This document shows positions 40,286 through 50,087 of a DNA stretch of 64,000 nucleotides, piece after piece. Location of the stretch: the NCBI GenBank assembly GCA_018654605.1, contig JABILG010000003.1, positions 5,952 to 69,951 of the forward strand. The letters run 5' to 3'. Both the position numbers and the translations under genes were made by a program. The notes below the pieces were generated by a model, which was not told the origin of the DNA, ran no database searches, and saw nothing but the letters and a program-made list of their open reading frames with translations. Each line of letters starts with the position of its first letter. Position 1 is the first letter of the stretch. The stretch is from a bacterium (lineage in GTDB: Bacteria > Desulfobacterota_D > UBA1144).

Positions 40286-40600
40286 TTATATTTTACTTTG
40301 CAATAAGAATGTTATAGCAAGAGCATAGATAACTAATGATTCAATTAAAGCTAAACCAATAATCATTGGTGTTTGAATCTGACCAGCAGCTCCAGGATTT
40401 CTACCTATGGCATTTAAAGCAGCATCCATAGTTTTTCCTTGGCCAATAGCCCCACCTGCAGCAGCAAGGCCAATGCCTAGTCCAGCTCCAAGTGCAAGTC
40501 CAGAAATTGCTTCTCCATCTGATGATGCAGCATAAACTTCTGGTGTAAAAAGAAAAAGTACAGCCAACATGCTAAACGCAAAAATTGTAAATTTCTTCAT
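40286..40600 (-). CDS. atpE: ATP synthase F0 subunit c, with N-terminal signal-like extension
   Basis: [21 protein letters not shown]; SD AAGGAGG. Confidence 0.96.
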   Translation of the reverse strand: MKKFTIFAFSMLAVLFLFTPEVYAASSDGEAISGLALGAGLGIGLAAAGGAIGQGKTMDAALNAIGRNPGAAGQIQTPMIIGLALIESLVIYALAITFLLQSKI

Positions 40601-40617
40601 TGTTTTCCTCCTTATAT

Positions 40618-41319
40618 TTAATGATCATGACTTGTTGAAAGTGATATATATATACTTGATAAAATAGTAAAAATAAAAGCTTGAAGAAAAGAAACAAATA
40701 CTCCTAGTCCTATAAAGATTGCAGGCACGATGTATGGCGTTAGGTTAGAGAAGATTTGCAGCACTAAATGATCACCAAACATATTCCAAAAAAGCCTCAA
40801 AGAAAGAGATGCAGGCCTTACAAGGTGACTTACAACTTCAATAAAAATCATTAGCGGTGCAAGATATATGACTGGACCCATAAATTGTTTAAGATAGCCT
40901 ACGCCATGCTCTTTAAACCCTAGATAATTATATGCTACAAATATGACTAAAGAACATGCCAAGGTAGAGTTTAAATTTTGAGATGCAGGATAAAAACCAG
41001 GAAATATTCCTAATAAATTTGAGATAAATATAAATAAGAAAGAGCCGCCTAGTAATGGAAGAAATTTTCTGGCTTTATCTTCACTACCAAATATTCCAGT
41101 AAGTAAATTGAGTAGGAAATCTAATGTAAGAAATTCAAAAAAGTTTGTAAGGCTAAATTTCTCAGAGGGAACTAATGCGTTATTATTTGAGCAATGATTT
41201 TTAATTTTTAATGATACAGCGATTAATATTCCGATTACAATGCCGGATCCGACAATGTGGTCATAATTACTTACACCTAAAAGTTCAGTCCATTGAGCAT
41301 GTTCTAAAGCTGCACTCAT
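40618..41319 (-). CDS. atpB: ATP synthase F0 subunit a
   Basis: NLLG.FP, IEVVSH.VRP.SLSLRL..NM, LQAFIF..L...YI. Confidence 0.95.
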   Translation of the reverse strand: MSAALEHAQWTELLGVSNYDHIVGSGIVIGILIAVSLKIKNHCSNNNALVPSEKFSLTNFFEFLTLDFLLNLLTGIFGSEDKARKFLPLLGGSFLFIFISNLLGIFPGFYPASQNLNSTLACSLVIFVAYNYLGFKEHGVGYLKQFMGPVIYLAPLMIFIEVVSHLVRPASLSLRLFWNMFGDHLVLQIFSNLTPYIVPAIFIGLGVFVSFLQAFIFTILSSIYISLSTSHDH

Positions 41320-41322
41320 ATA

Positions 41323-41661
41323 TTATTTTCCTTGATTTAGTAGAATAAACACAAATAAAATTACACTAAAACCAGTTAAAAATCCAATTAAATCTATGGA
41401 CAAGTTCCTTAAAAGGAAAATAGCTATACCAGCTAGAAGAAGTATCTTTAAAATAGTCAATATAAACATAAAAGCTTTAGTCTTTTGCGTCTTTGTGAAT
41501 AACTTTGCTATAATCTCAGTACTTTTTATATTTAAATAGCTTAATACAATTCCAAAGAAAACTCCTTGAATAAACATTTCTTTTGAATATAAGAAGATTA
41601 AATAAGTGATTATTGTCAGATTTATTGAAATAAGATTGAATAAGTTATTTTTTTTTGTCAT
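41323..41661 (-). CDS. atpI: ATP synthase protein I
   Basis: Four TM helices; located directly before atpB. Confidence 0.7.
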   Translation of the reverse strand: MTKKNNLFNLISINLTIITYLIFLYSKEMFIQGVFFGIVLSYLNIKSTEIIAKLFTKTQKTKAFMFILTILKILLLAGIAIFLLRNLSIDLIGFLTGFSVILFVFILLNQGK

Positions 41662-41863
41662 TTTCTATATTTAACCTCTTAAGTAATTTGAACATTAAGC
41701 TAAATCCACCAATAGAACCGAAAATAACTCCTAGTATTGTAAATATAGGAAGTGTATCAAAATGTATATCAAGTTTGTTCCCTATAAATATCCCAGCTAG
41801 GATTAATATCGCTAATTCTGAGCCAATTACGACGAATTTAATCCATAAAGTGTTCTTTCCCAA
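41645..41863 (-). CDS. AtpZ/AtpI-family small membrane protein
   Basis: G...LD..F.T.P.F..LG...G..G motif; position in the atp cluster. Confidence 0.8.
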   Translation of the reverse strand: MGKNTLWIKFVVIGSELAILILAGIFIGNKLDIHFDTLPIFTILGVIFGSIGGFSLMFKLLKRLNIENDKKK

Positions 41864-41865
41864 TT

Positions 41866-43164
41866 TTATTTTAATCCCAAGGTTTTAATTCCTTTCTTGA
41901 ATGATTCTATAGTCTCAATTATATCATTTTTAGAGTGAGAGTCAGAAATAAACATTGCTTCGAATTGTGATGGCGGCACCATAATTCCCGTTAATAAAAG
42001 TTTCTTGAACAATGCTCCATAAATTTTTGTATCACATTTTAGAACATCCTTATAACTCACAACAGATTTATTTTTAGTAATAAAGAATGTTAGAAGCGAA
42101 CCTATTTGGTTGATCGTAATTGACTCAAGATTTAACTTATCTATTTCAGTCTTTATATTTAAGGCTCTTTTTTCTAATTTTGTATACAAGGTAAGATTAT
42201 TCTTTTCTAATAATTCAATTGTTTTAATTCCTGCAGCCACAGCAATTGGATTGCCGGACAATGTTCCAGCCTGATATACTGGACCGGATGGAGACAGAAT
42301 AGACATTATCTCTTTCTTTCCTCCGAAGGCACCAATTGGGAATCCACCACCAATTATTTTTCCTATGCAGGTAATATCAGGTTTGAGGTTGTAGTATTCT
42401 TGAGCACCACCAATTGATAGTCTAAATCCAGAAATTACTTCATCAAAGATTACTAATGAATCATTGCAATGTGCTAGGTCAAGTATCTTTTTAAGAAATC
42501 CACTTTTTGGCAAGATTACACCCATATTTGCTGGCACTGGCTCTAAAATGATTGCAGCAATTTTATTTTTATTCTTTTTAAAAAGTTTTTCTACCTGGGT
42601 TAAATTATTGAATTCTGCGATCAGAGTATGTTTAGTGAAATCTCTAGGAACTCCAGGTGATGATGGAGACCCAAAGGTAGTAAGACCTGAGCCTGCTTTT
42701 ACAAGCAAGTGGTCGACGTGACCATGATAGCAACCTTCAAATTTAATTATCTTGTCTTTTTTAGTATAAGCCCTAGCAAGTCTAATTGCACTCATTGTTG
42801 CTTCGGTGCCCGAGCTAGTTAACCTGGTCATTTCCATTGAGGGCATCTTTTCCTTTATAAGCTCGGCTAATTTAATCTCATTTTTATGACATGCTCCAAA
42901 GGTAGTGCCTTTATCCATTGCTTTAATAGCAGCATTAGATATTTCCTTCTTTGAATGTCCAAATATTAGAGGCCCAAAGGAATTGATATAATCAATGTAT
43001 TTATTTTTATCTTCATCGTATAAGTAGGCACCCTTTCCTCGTTTGATATATATAGGAGATGAGTCGACTGCGTTAAAAGATCTAACAGGGCTATTTACAC
43101 CTCCCGGTATTACATCAAGTGCATTCTTGAACATTAAATTGGAATTTATTCTTTTTTTCTTCAC
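41866..43164 (-). CDS. hemL: Glutamate-1-semialdehyde 2,1-aminomutase
   Basis: PGGVNSPVR, SGTEATM, FEGCYHG, FDEV, GKIIGGG.P, YQAGTLSGNP, PSQFE. Confidence 0.96.
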   Translation of the reverse strand: MKKKRINSNLMFKNALDVIPGGVNSPVRSFNAVDSSPIYIKRGKGAYLYDEDKNKYIDYINSFGPLIFGHSKKEISNAAIKAMDKGTTFGACHKNEIKLAELIKEKMPSMEMTRLTSSGTEATMSAIRLARAYTKKDKIIKFEGCYHGHVDHLLVKAGSGLTTFGSPSSPGVPRDFTKHTLIAEFNNLTQVEKLFKKNKNKIAAIILEPVPANMGVILPKSGFLKKILDLAHCNDSLVIFDEVISGFRLSIGGAQEYYNLKPDITCIGKIIGGGFPIGAFGGKKEIMSILSPSGPVYQAGTLSGNPIAVAAGIKTIELLEKNNLTLYTKLEKRALNIKTEIDKLNLESITINQIGSLLTFFITKNKSVVSYKDVLKCDTKIYGALFKKLLLTGIMVPPSQFEAMFISDSHSKNDIIETIESFKKGIKTLGLK

Positions 43165-43255
43165 AAGTTAAACAAAACCTAAAAATATAATATGTCAAGA
43201 AAAGATGATAATAATTTTCTTTAATTAGCATTTATCCTGTATAAAATTAATAATA

Positions 43256-44140
43256 ATGAAAAAAATTAGAATTTTATCACCTGCGAAGATTAACCTTAAT
43301 TTAATCATCAAAAATAAAAGAAAAGATGATTTTCATAATATTAGCTCGTTAATCCAACCTATAAACCTTTATGATGAAATATTAATAGAGCTTTCAAAGA
43401 GTGACAATACTTTAGAGCTGTCTTTTCCAGAGGATGTAGTAAGTTTTAAGGAAAATTTGATTACTAAAGCTGTATTTAATTTCTTTGAATATTTTAAAAT
43501 TAGTACTCACGTAAAAATCTCAGTTAAGAAGAGAATTCCCACCGGTGCGGGATTAGGAGGTGGAAGTAGTAATGCGGCATCAACATTGATTGGACTTTCT
43601 AAACTCTTTTCTATTGATAACTTTAGTGCTTTGGAAAAGATAGCATTAAAGATTGGCTCAGATGTTCCATTCTTTCTATATTCTAGAACCTCTTTGGTTA
43701 CCGGACGTGGAGAAGTTGTAGAGCCTTGCAATATTGATAAGAAGATTAAGTACCTTTTGATCTTCCCAAAAATTCATTCAGACACTCGAACACTCTATCA
43801 ATTGTGGGACAGTAAAGATATTTTGCTTGATAGTGCCTTACAACACAGAGTTGCTTCACATTTAAAGAATGAAATATTAATTAATAAAGAAAAATTTCTT
43901 TTACAAAATGATTTTACTCCTTTGCTGATTTCAAAAGACAGAACATATCTTAATATATTTAATTCTCTTAGAGATCTCGGTCTTAGGACATATTCAATAT
44001 CAGGAAGCGGCTCAACAATATTTTGTGCTTTAGATGATGAATATGATTGTTCAGAATCTTTAAAATATCTTGAATCTAATAGTAGCCTTACAACTATGAA
44101 AGCCGAAGCATTTGAAGGATGGCATTTTACGTTTGATTGA
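43256..44140 (+). CDS. ispE: 4-diphosphocytidyl-2-C-methyl-D-erythritol kinase
   Basis: PAKINL.L, KRIP.GAGLGGGSSNAA, IGSDVPFF, SGSGST. Confidence 0.95.
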   Translation: MKKIRILSPAKINLNLIIKNKRKDDFHNISSLIQPINLYDEILIELSKSDNTLELSFPEDVVSFKENLITKAVFNFFEYFKISTHVKISVKKRIPTGAGLGGGSSNAASTLIGLSKLFSIDNFSALEKIALKIGSDVPFFLYSRTSLVTGRGEVVEPCNIDKKIKYLLIFPKIHSDTRTLYQLWDSKDILLDSALQHRVASHLKNEILINKEKFLLQNDFTPLLISKDRTYLNIFNSLRDLGLRTYSISGSGSTIFCALDDEYDCSESLKYLESNSSLTTMKAEAFEGWHFTFD

Positions 44141-44173
44141 AATTATAAATTTTTTCTGTATCCTCTTATGAAT

Positions 44174-44244
44174 TGGCCCGTCGTCTAATGGCAGGACTCT
44201 TGTTTTTGGTACAAGCAATGGAGGTTCGACCCCTTCCGGGCCAG
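44174..44244 (+). tRNA. tRNA-Gln(TTG), CCA end not encoded
   Basis: Acceptor stem TGGCCCG/CGGGCCA, anticodon stem CTTGT/ACAAG with loop TT-TTG-GT, T-loop GGTTCGACCC, discriminator G followed by TTTT. Confidence 0.95.
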
Positions 44245-44316
44245 TTTTATATATACTTATGAATTTAAAAATTGTATAATTATGTCGACTTAATTTTACT
44301 AAAAAAGGTTTAAAAT

Positions 44317-45444
44317 ATGAGCTCCAATGAACATGATACATATAAGTCTGATAAGGACGATTCAACCAATAATGACTTAGACGATAAAGCTTTACTAGAA
44401 GAATATCAAAAAACTACCTTAAAAGGAGCTGGTAAGGCAAAGAAAAAAGACTGGGTTCCAGATGAGCAATATAGATTACTTTATGTTTATTTTAAGGATA
44501 TGTCATTAGAGCCTCTCTTAAAATCAAAACAAGAAGTCGAGGTTTCAGCTAAGATAAAGAAATCCGAACTCCATGCATTAAATTACACTGAACTTTTGGA
44601 GCAAGTACATTCTTCAAAAATAACAGCAACACAGAAGAAGAGGTTGTTGTCTTTGAAGGGCGGTCAGAAGAGAAGAATCGCTGAAGTTGAGGGTTATATC
44701 AGGGCCTATACAAATTTAGCAAATGCTTTAAAAGAGAGATTTGTGAAAGCTAATCTTAGGCTCGTTGTTAGCATTGCTAAGAGGTATATAGGTAGAGGGT
44801 TAGCCTTACAAGACCTAATTCAAGAAGGTAACGTTGGACTAATGAGGGCAGTCGAAAGATTTGATCATACTAAAGGGTTTAAGTTTTCAACTTATGCTTC
44901 ATGGTGGATACATCAAGCAATCTCTAGAGCTTTACTGGACCAAACAAGAACAATCAGGGTTCCCGTTTATGTTCTAGAACAGGCCAGTAAAGTCTTTAAG
45001 GCAAGTACTGCTTTGCAAAAAGATTTAGGAAGGAAGCCTACACCATCTGAAATTGCTGATAAAGTAGGAATTTCTATTGACGGGGTAAAGAGAATACTTG
45101 AATCAACTAACGAAGTTATACAGTTAGATACACCTGTATTTGATGGAGAAAAAGCAACGCTACTTGATTTTATTCCTGACGAAGGTTCACCTATTCCAGA
45201 TAAAATCGTTGCTGAGAGTTCTTTAACTGAAAGAATTAGAGGTGCGCTAAAAGCGCTAACACCTAGAGAAGAAGAAATCATTAAAATGAGATTTGGAATT
45301 GATATGGAAAGTACTTATACACTAGATGAAATAGGTAAGAAGTTTGATTTAACGAGAGAGCGAATTAGGCAAATAGAAAAGAAGGCTTTGGAAAAATTGG
45401 CAAAGTCTGATGTAGGAGAAATACTAAAAAGCTTTTTAGAGTAG
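44317..45444 (+). CDS. Sigma-70 family (RpoD/RpoS-like) sigma factor lacking region 1.1
   Basis: [41 protein letters not shown]. Confidence 0.93.
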   Translation: MSSNEHDTYKSDKDDSTNNDLDDKALLEEYQKTTLKGAGKAKKKDWVPDEQYRLLYVYFKDMSLEPLLKSKQEVEVSAKIKKSELHALNYTELLEQVHSSKITATQKKRLLSLKGGQKRRIAEVEGYIRAYTNLANALKERFVKANLRLVVSIAKRYIGRGLALQDLIQEGNVGLMRAVERFDHTKGFKFSTYASWWIHQAISRALLDQTRTIRVPVYVLEQASKVFKASTALQKDLGRKPTPSEIADKVGISIDGVKRILESTNEVIQLDTPVFDGEKATLLDFIPDEGSPIPDKIVAESSLTERIRGALKALTPREEEIIKMRFGIDMESTYTLDEIGKKFDLTRERIRQIEKKALEKLAKSDVGEILKSFLE

Positions 45445-45453
45445 GTATGTTAA

Positions 45454-46506
45454 ATGAACAAGATTAAATTTGGTTTAGTCCCACCAATGCCAGGAGCCGA
45501 CTCTAAAGGACTTATTGATTTTTGTATTAAGGCTGACAAACTTGGATTTGACAGCCTATGGTTCCCCGACCACCTTGCTTTCATAGCACCCAGCCCAGCT
45601 TATGAGGCTTGGACAATTGCAGGAGCTATAGCTCAGTTAACTGAAAATATCATAATAGGTTCAACGTCTGATCCACATAGGAATCATCCTGCGGTTTTCG
45701 CTCAAAGACTTGCAACAGTAGATCATTTATCTAAAGGTAGAGTAGCCTTGGGTTTAGGGGTAGGCGAGTCTATGAATACTGATGCGTATGGTATTCCATG
45801 GGATAAGCCTTTCCAGAGAATGGTAGAGTCAGTTGATGTAATGAAGCTCTTATGGTCCACAAAAGAAACAGTTAACTATAAAGGAGAGTTTTTCAATTTA
45901 GAAGATGCATCTTTACTGTTAAATTTATATAACGATAGGGAAAGCATTCCTTTTTATTATGCAACTCATACAGACAAAGGCTTGGATCTGATTGGAAGAA
46001 GTGGTGATGGTTGGATGCCTTTGGATTTGACTCCCAATCTATATAGAGAATCATTAGATAAGATTGAGCTATCAGCTGGCAAAACAGGTAGAAGTTTAGA
46101 TGATATAGATTCAACTTTGTGGATTTTCACCTCACTAGGAGAGAACGAAGACAAAGCTTATAAAACTTTAGAGCCTTTTAGATATGTTTGCATTATGCAG
46201 GATCAATTAAAGAAAGCAGGGTATGATATTGATATTCCTGATGAATATAAGGGGCTAAATTATTTTAATATAACTCCAACAGACGAAGAAAAAAAACAAA
46301 AATTTAGAGACATGGGTAAATTTTTCCCAAGAGAAGCAGTAATAGATTTTACTATCACGGGTTCAAAAAAGGCATGTATTCAGAAGATAGAAAAGTACAT
46401 AGAAAAGGGCGTTAAGCATTTTGTTCTTTTTCATTATTTTAGTCCAGACCCAGATTTGGCTCTGAAAACATATGCTGAAGATATAATTCCTTATTTTAAT
46501 TCTTAG
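45454..46506 (+). CDS. LLM-class (probably F420-dependent) oxidoreductase
   Basis: GFDSLW.PDH, HPAV.AQ..AT.D.LS.GR..LGLG.GE..N, GDGW.P; F420 genes are present in the window. Confidence 0.85.
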   Translation: MNKIKFGLVPPMPGADSKGLIDFCIKADKLGFDSLWFPDHLAFIAPSPAYEAWTIAGAIAQLTENIIIGSTSDPHRNHPAVFAQRLATVDHLSKGRVALGLGVGESMNTDAYGIPWDKPFQRMVESVDVMKLLWSTKETVNYKGEFFNLEDASLLLNLYNDRESIPFYYATHTDKGLDLIGRSGDGWMPLDLTPNLYRESLDKIELSAGKTGRSLDDIDSTLWIFTSLGENEDKAYKTLEPFRYVCIMQDQLKKAGYDIDIPDEYKGLNYFNITPTDEEKKQKFRDMGKFFPREAVIDFTITGSKKACIQKIEKYIEKGVKHFVLFHYFSPDPDLALKTYAEDIIPYFNS

Positions 46507-48035
46507 TAATTGGTTTCAACTCTACTAAAGTCGATAATTCCCATTTTAGAGAAGTTAATCTTTCTTATGTTTTTATTCTTTAGATAGATTTGATTAGAGA
46601 TAAATAGTGGAATGATGGTATTTTGATCATATATAAGTTTTTCTTGAGCATCAATATACATTTCCTTTCTTTTTTCTTCTGATGTTTCATAAGAAGCTTT
46701 ATCGATTTTCTTATCATATGCACTATCGCACCATCCTGTTTCATTATTTCCTCCATTACATGTGAAGATATTCATAAAGTTGTGTGGATCTGGATAGTCA
46801 GCCGCCCATCCAGCTCTAAACATATGGGGCCTATCAAGATCTAATGTTATAAGATAGATCTTCCATTCTAGTCCCCGAATATCTACCTGAATATCTAGAT
46901 TTTCGATCCACATTGTTTGAAGTATCTCTGCTATAATTCTATTATTTCCACTTTCAGGAAAGAGAAACTTAACTGTTGGGAATTTGGTCCTATCTTTAAA
47001 ACCATTTTGATCTAATATTTTATTTGCTATCTCTTTGTTATATCTTGGTTTGTTATCATGGATGCTACCAATTAAACCGGGTGGAATCCATGATTCAGTT
47101 TTAATTACAGTATTATATAGAACTTTTTCAAATATAGATTTGTCGATGGCGAGAGAAAAAGCTTTTCGAACTTCTTTATTGTTAAATGGAAATTTTTTAA
47201 CATTAAATCCAATGTAATTATTTCTGAATTGTGATTCAAAATTTAATAGTTTTTTCGATTGAAGATACGGAATTTCGAGCAGTGGTATTCCTCCTCCATC
47301 AATAACATCAAGTTTACCGTTCTCAAACATTGCAAGTGAAGAGGATGGATTATCATTCATTAAAAGTAATACTGATTTTAGACTTTTATTTCTTGGTTCT
47401 AATAGAATATATTCATGACTTTCCCATTTGCTCAGACTATATTTGCCCAAAGTTAAGATATTCTCTGGTTGAATCCATTCTTCATTATGTTCTTTAATTT
47501 TTTCGATTCTTATTGGGAATGTCGACATAAAGCTTAGAAGGCTCATAAAGTACGATTTATTTTCATTCAAACTAATCAAGATTGTTTTATCATCAAGTGA
47601 CTTGATACCTACTGATTTAAATTCTTTTGTTTCTCCAAGATTGTATTCCTTTGCGTGCTTAATGTCATAAAGAAAATATGCATAGTCAGCAGCAGTATCA
47701 GGATTTAATAGTCTTTCCCAAGAGTCTATGAAGTGCTTTGCTATTAATTCTTTGCCATCTGACCATCTAATGCCTTCTTTTATTTTAATCGTTATAGTTT
47801 TATCTTTTTTGTTAATAATCCATGATTCCGCTAAATTTGGTACAAGTTTGAGTTCTTCATTGAAGCTGGTTAAGCCAGCCATTATATTATTTATTATTTG
47901 AAAAGAAGAACTATCTGTTGCGAGGTTCCAATCTAATGTTCCAGGCTCGCTACCAATATTTATCCTTATAGGAGATGAATGAGAGACGTTTATAGAAGAA
48001 AGAATTAAAAAGATTATTAGAAGAAAATTTTTCAA
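46503..48035 (-). CDS. oppA: Oligopeptide ABC transporter substrate-binding protein
   Basis: EP.TLD, PNLAESW, WSDG, VRKAFSLAID, R.GWAADYPDP.NF. Confidence 0.88.
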   Translation of the reverse strand: MKNFLLIIFLILSSINVSHSSPIRINIGSEPGTLDWNLATDSSSFQIINNIMAGLTSFNEELKLVPNLAESWIINKKDKTITIKIKEGIRWSDGKELIAKHFIDSWERLLNPDTAADYAYFLYDIKHAKEYNLGETKEFKSVGIKSLDDKTILISLNENKSYFMSLLSFMSTFPIRIEKIKEHNEEWIQPENILTLGKYSLSKWESHEYILLEPRNKSLKSVLLLMNDNPSSSLAMFENGKLDVIDGGGIPLLEIPYLQSKKLLNFESQFRNNYIGFNVKKFPFNNKEVRKAFSLAIDKSIFEKVLYNTVIKTESWIPPGLIGSIHDNKPRYNKEIANKILDQNGFKDRTKFPTVKFLFPESGNNRIIAEILQTMWIENLDIQVDIRGLEWKIYLITLDLDRPHMFRAGWAADYPDPHNFMNIFTCNGGNNETGWCDSAYDKKIDKASYETSEEKRKEMYIDAQEKLIYDQNTIIPLFISNQIYLKNKNIRKINFSKMGIIDFSRVETNY

Positions 48036-48050
48036 TATGGACTAATGATA

Positions 48051-48551
48051 TTATTTTTTATCTTGCGATTCAACTGTTAATATGTGAGCACCTAAGTCAA
48101 GAGTATCTCCTTCCTTAACGCTGATATCAGTTATTTTTCCATCTATTGTAGTTTTCAGTTCGCTTTCCATCTTCATCGCTTCGACTACAACGACACCCTC
48201 ACCTTCTAAGACTATATCACCAACTTCCTTAAGAAGCTTGACTACCCTGCCTGGCATCGGTGCTGAAATCTTATCAATACCAGATGTGTTTTCGGTCCCA
48301 CCCTTATCTCTCTGTGATGGAATCTCGTAACTAAACAAATCTCCCTTAAAGAACAAATCAATTCTTTTTCCTTCTTTTTGTATTGCAATAGTGTAAGTAG
48401 AACCATCACATATGAAAGAGTAAAGATTTGAATCAATCTTTACTAATTCTGCAGAATATTTTTTCTTATCTAATACTATCTTATACCCGTTTCCTTCTTC
48501 TTCTAATTCAAAAGAAACTATTTTTTTATTTATTTTTAAATTGTACTTCAT
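48051..48551 (-). CDS. Biotin carboxyl carrier subunit
   Basis: APMPG.VV, EAMKME. Confidence 0.93.
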   Translation of the reverse strand: MKYNLKINKKIVSFELEEEGNGYKIVLDKKKYSAELVKIDSNLYSFICDGSTYTIAIQKEGKRIDLFFKGDLFSYEIPSQRDKGGTENTSGIDKISAPMPGRVVKLLKEVGDIVLEGEGVVVVEAMKMESELKTTIDGKITDISVKEGDTLDLGAHILTVESQDKK

Positions 48552-48568
48552 TTTAACTATACTGCCTC

Positions 48569-50065
48569 CTAGAACATAGAGTTTCTAGAAACGCTTGCTC
48601 TCCTCGCTATATATTTCCAGGGAGTAAATTTAGGATCTCTCTCTAAATTCTTAACTCCTATTCCTGCATGGAGCATTATTGCTGATGCAATAGTCGCTAT
48701 ATTAGAATTTTCTTTTGGAATCTTTAAAAGTTTCTTATGTTTTTCTATAAAACCAGTGTCTAATTTTCCGGAGATGAAATCCTTATCATCCATTAATCTA
48801 ACAAGGAATCCGAGATTTGTTTTTACTCCCAAAACAATATATTCAGAAAGCGCTCTAGACATTCTTTTTATTGCGCTATCTCTATCTTCTGACCAAACTA
48901 TAAGCTTAGAAAGCATTGGATCATAAAAGGTAGTAACTTTATATCCGTTAAAAAGAGAAGAATCATCTCTTACACCAGGACCTTGTGGTGATTTTACATA
49001 AAAAATCGTTCCAGGTGTAGGGAGGAAATTATTGTCAGGATCTTCAGCACATACTCTACATTCTATAGCATGACCTTTTCTTTCAATATCTTTTTGTTTA
49101 AAACTCAATTCATGCCCATAAGAAACCTTAATCATCTCTTTGACTATATCTATCCCAGTTATCATTTCCGTTATAGGATGTTCAACTTGGACTCTAGTGT
49201 TCATTTCAAGAAAATAAAAATTTTCCTTTTGATCCATTATAAATTCAACAGTACCCGCTCCTGAATATGAAACTTTTTTGGCAAGCTTTACGGCAATCTC
49301 ACCCATTTTCTTCCTAGTTTTTTCACTTACGCCAGGGGAGGGAGCCTCTTCAACAACCTTTTGATGCCTTCTTTGTATTGAGCACTCTCTTTCAAAAAGA
49401 TGTACAACATTTCCTTTCTTATCTCCAAGAATTTGTATCTCAATATGTCTTGGTTCTTGAATAAATCTTTCAATAAAAACAGCATCATTGTTGAACGCAT
49501 TCTTAGCCTCACTTTTTGCCATTTTTAGAGAGTTCTCGAATTCCGATTCTTCGTGAACTAGTCGCATTCCTTTTCCACCACCACCTGCAGATGCTTTTAT
49601 CATCAATGGATAGCCAATTTTTTTTGCTAACCCTAAGGCTTCGTTATCGTTAACCTCACCATCAGTTCCAGGGACTAAAGGTACTTTTGCAGTTTTAGCA
49701 ATTTCTCTCGATGTTATTTTATCTCCCATTAACCTAATGGCCTCAGCACTTGGTCCAATGAAATCAATTTTATTTTTAATACAATTTTCTGCAAAGTCAG
49801 CATTTTCAGATAAGAAACCGTATCCTGGATGAATACCATCACACTTAGCTTTCTTAGCTACTGAAATTATCTTTTTACCTACAAGATAGCTTTCACTTGG
49901 AAGTGGCTTACCTATATTGAAAGCCTGATCTGCTAAGTTTACATGCAGTGAATTCTTATCAGCATCAGAATAAACTGCAACGGTTTTTATTCCGAGCTCT
50001 TTCGCTGCTCTTATTATTCTTACAGCAATTTCTCCACGATTAGCAATTAAAATCTTTTTATACAT
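48569..50065 (-). CDS. Biotin carboxylase subunit of acyl (propionyl)-CoA carboxylase
   Basis: ANRGEIA, HPGYGFLSEN, GGGGKGM, RECSIQRRHQK, EMNTR.QVEH. Confidence 0.95.
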   Translation of the reverse strand: MYKKILIANRGEIAVRIIRAAKELGIKTVAVYSDADKNSLHVNLADQAFNIGKPLPSESYLVGKKIISVAKKAKCDGIHPGYGFLSENADFAENCIKNKIDFIGPSAEAIRLMGDKITSREIAKTAKVPLVPGTDGEVNDNEALGLAKKIGYPLMIKASAGGGGKGMRLVHEESEFENSLKMAKSEAKNAFNNDAVFIERFIQEPRHIEIQILGDKKGNVVHLFERECSIQRRHQKVVEEAPSPGVSEKTRKKMGEIAVKLAKKVSYSGAGTVEFIMDQKENFYFLEMNTRVQVEHPITEMITGIDIVKEMIKVSYGHELSFKQKDIERKGHAIECRVCAEDPDNNFLPTPGTIFYVKSPQGPGVRDDSSLFNGYKVTTFYDPMLSKLIVWSEDRDSAIKRMSRALSEYIVLGVKTNLGFLVRLMDDKDFISGKLDTGFIEKHKKLLKIPKENSNIATIASAIMLHAGIGVKNLERDPKFTPWKYIARRASVSRNSMF

Positions 50066-50087
50066 AAAATCAATCTCCAGAGAAAAC

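Noticed and set aside
44060-44365. 101-aa minus-strand ORF
   Set aside because: It is the antisense reading of tRNA-Gln and the flanking gene ends.
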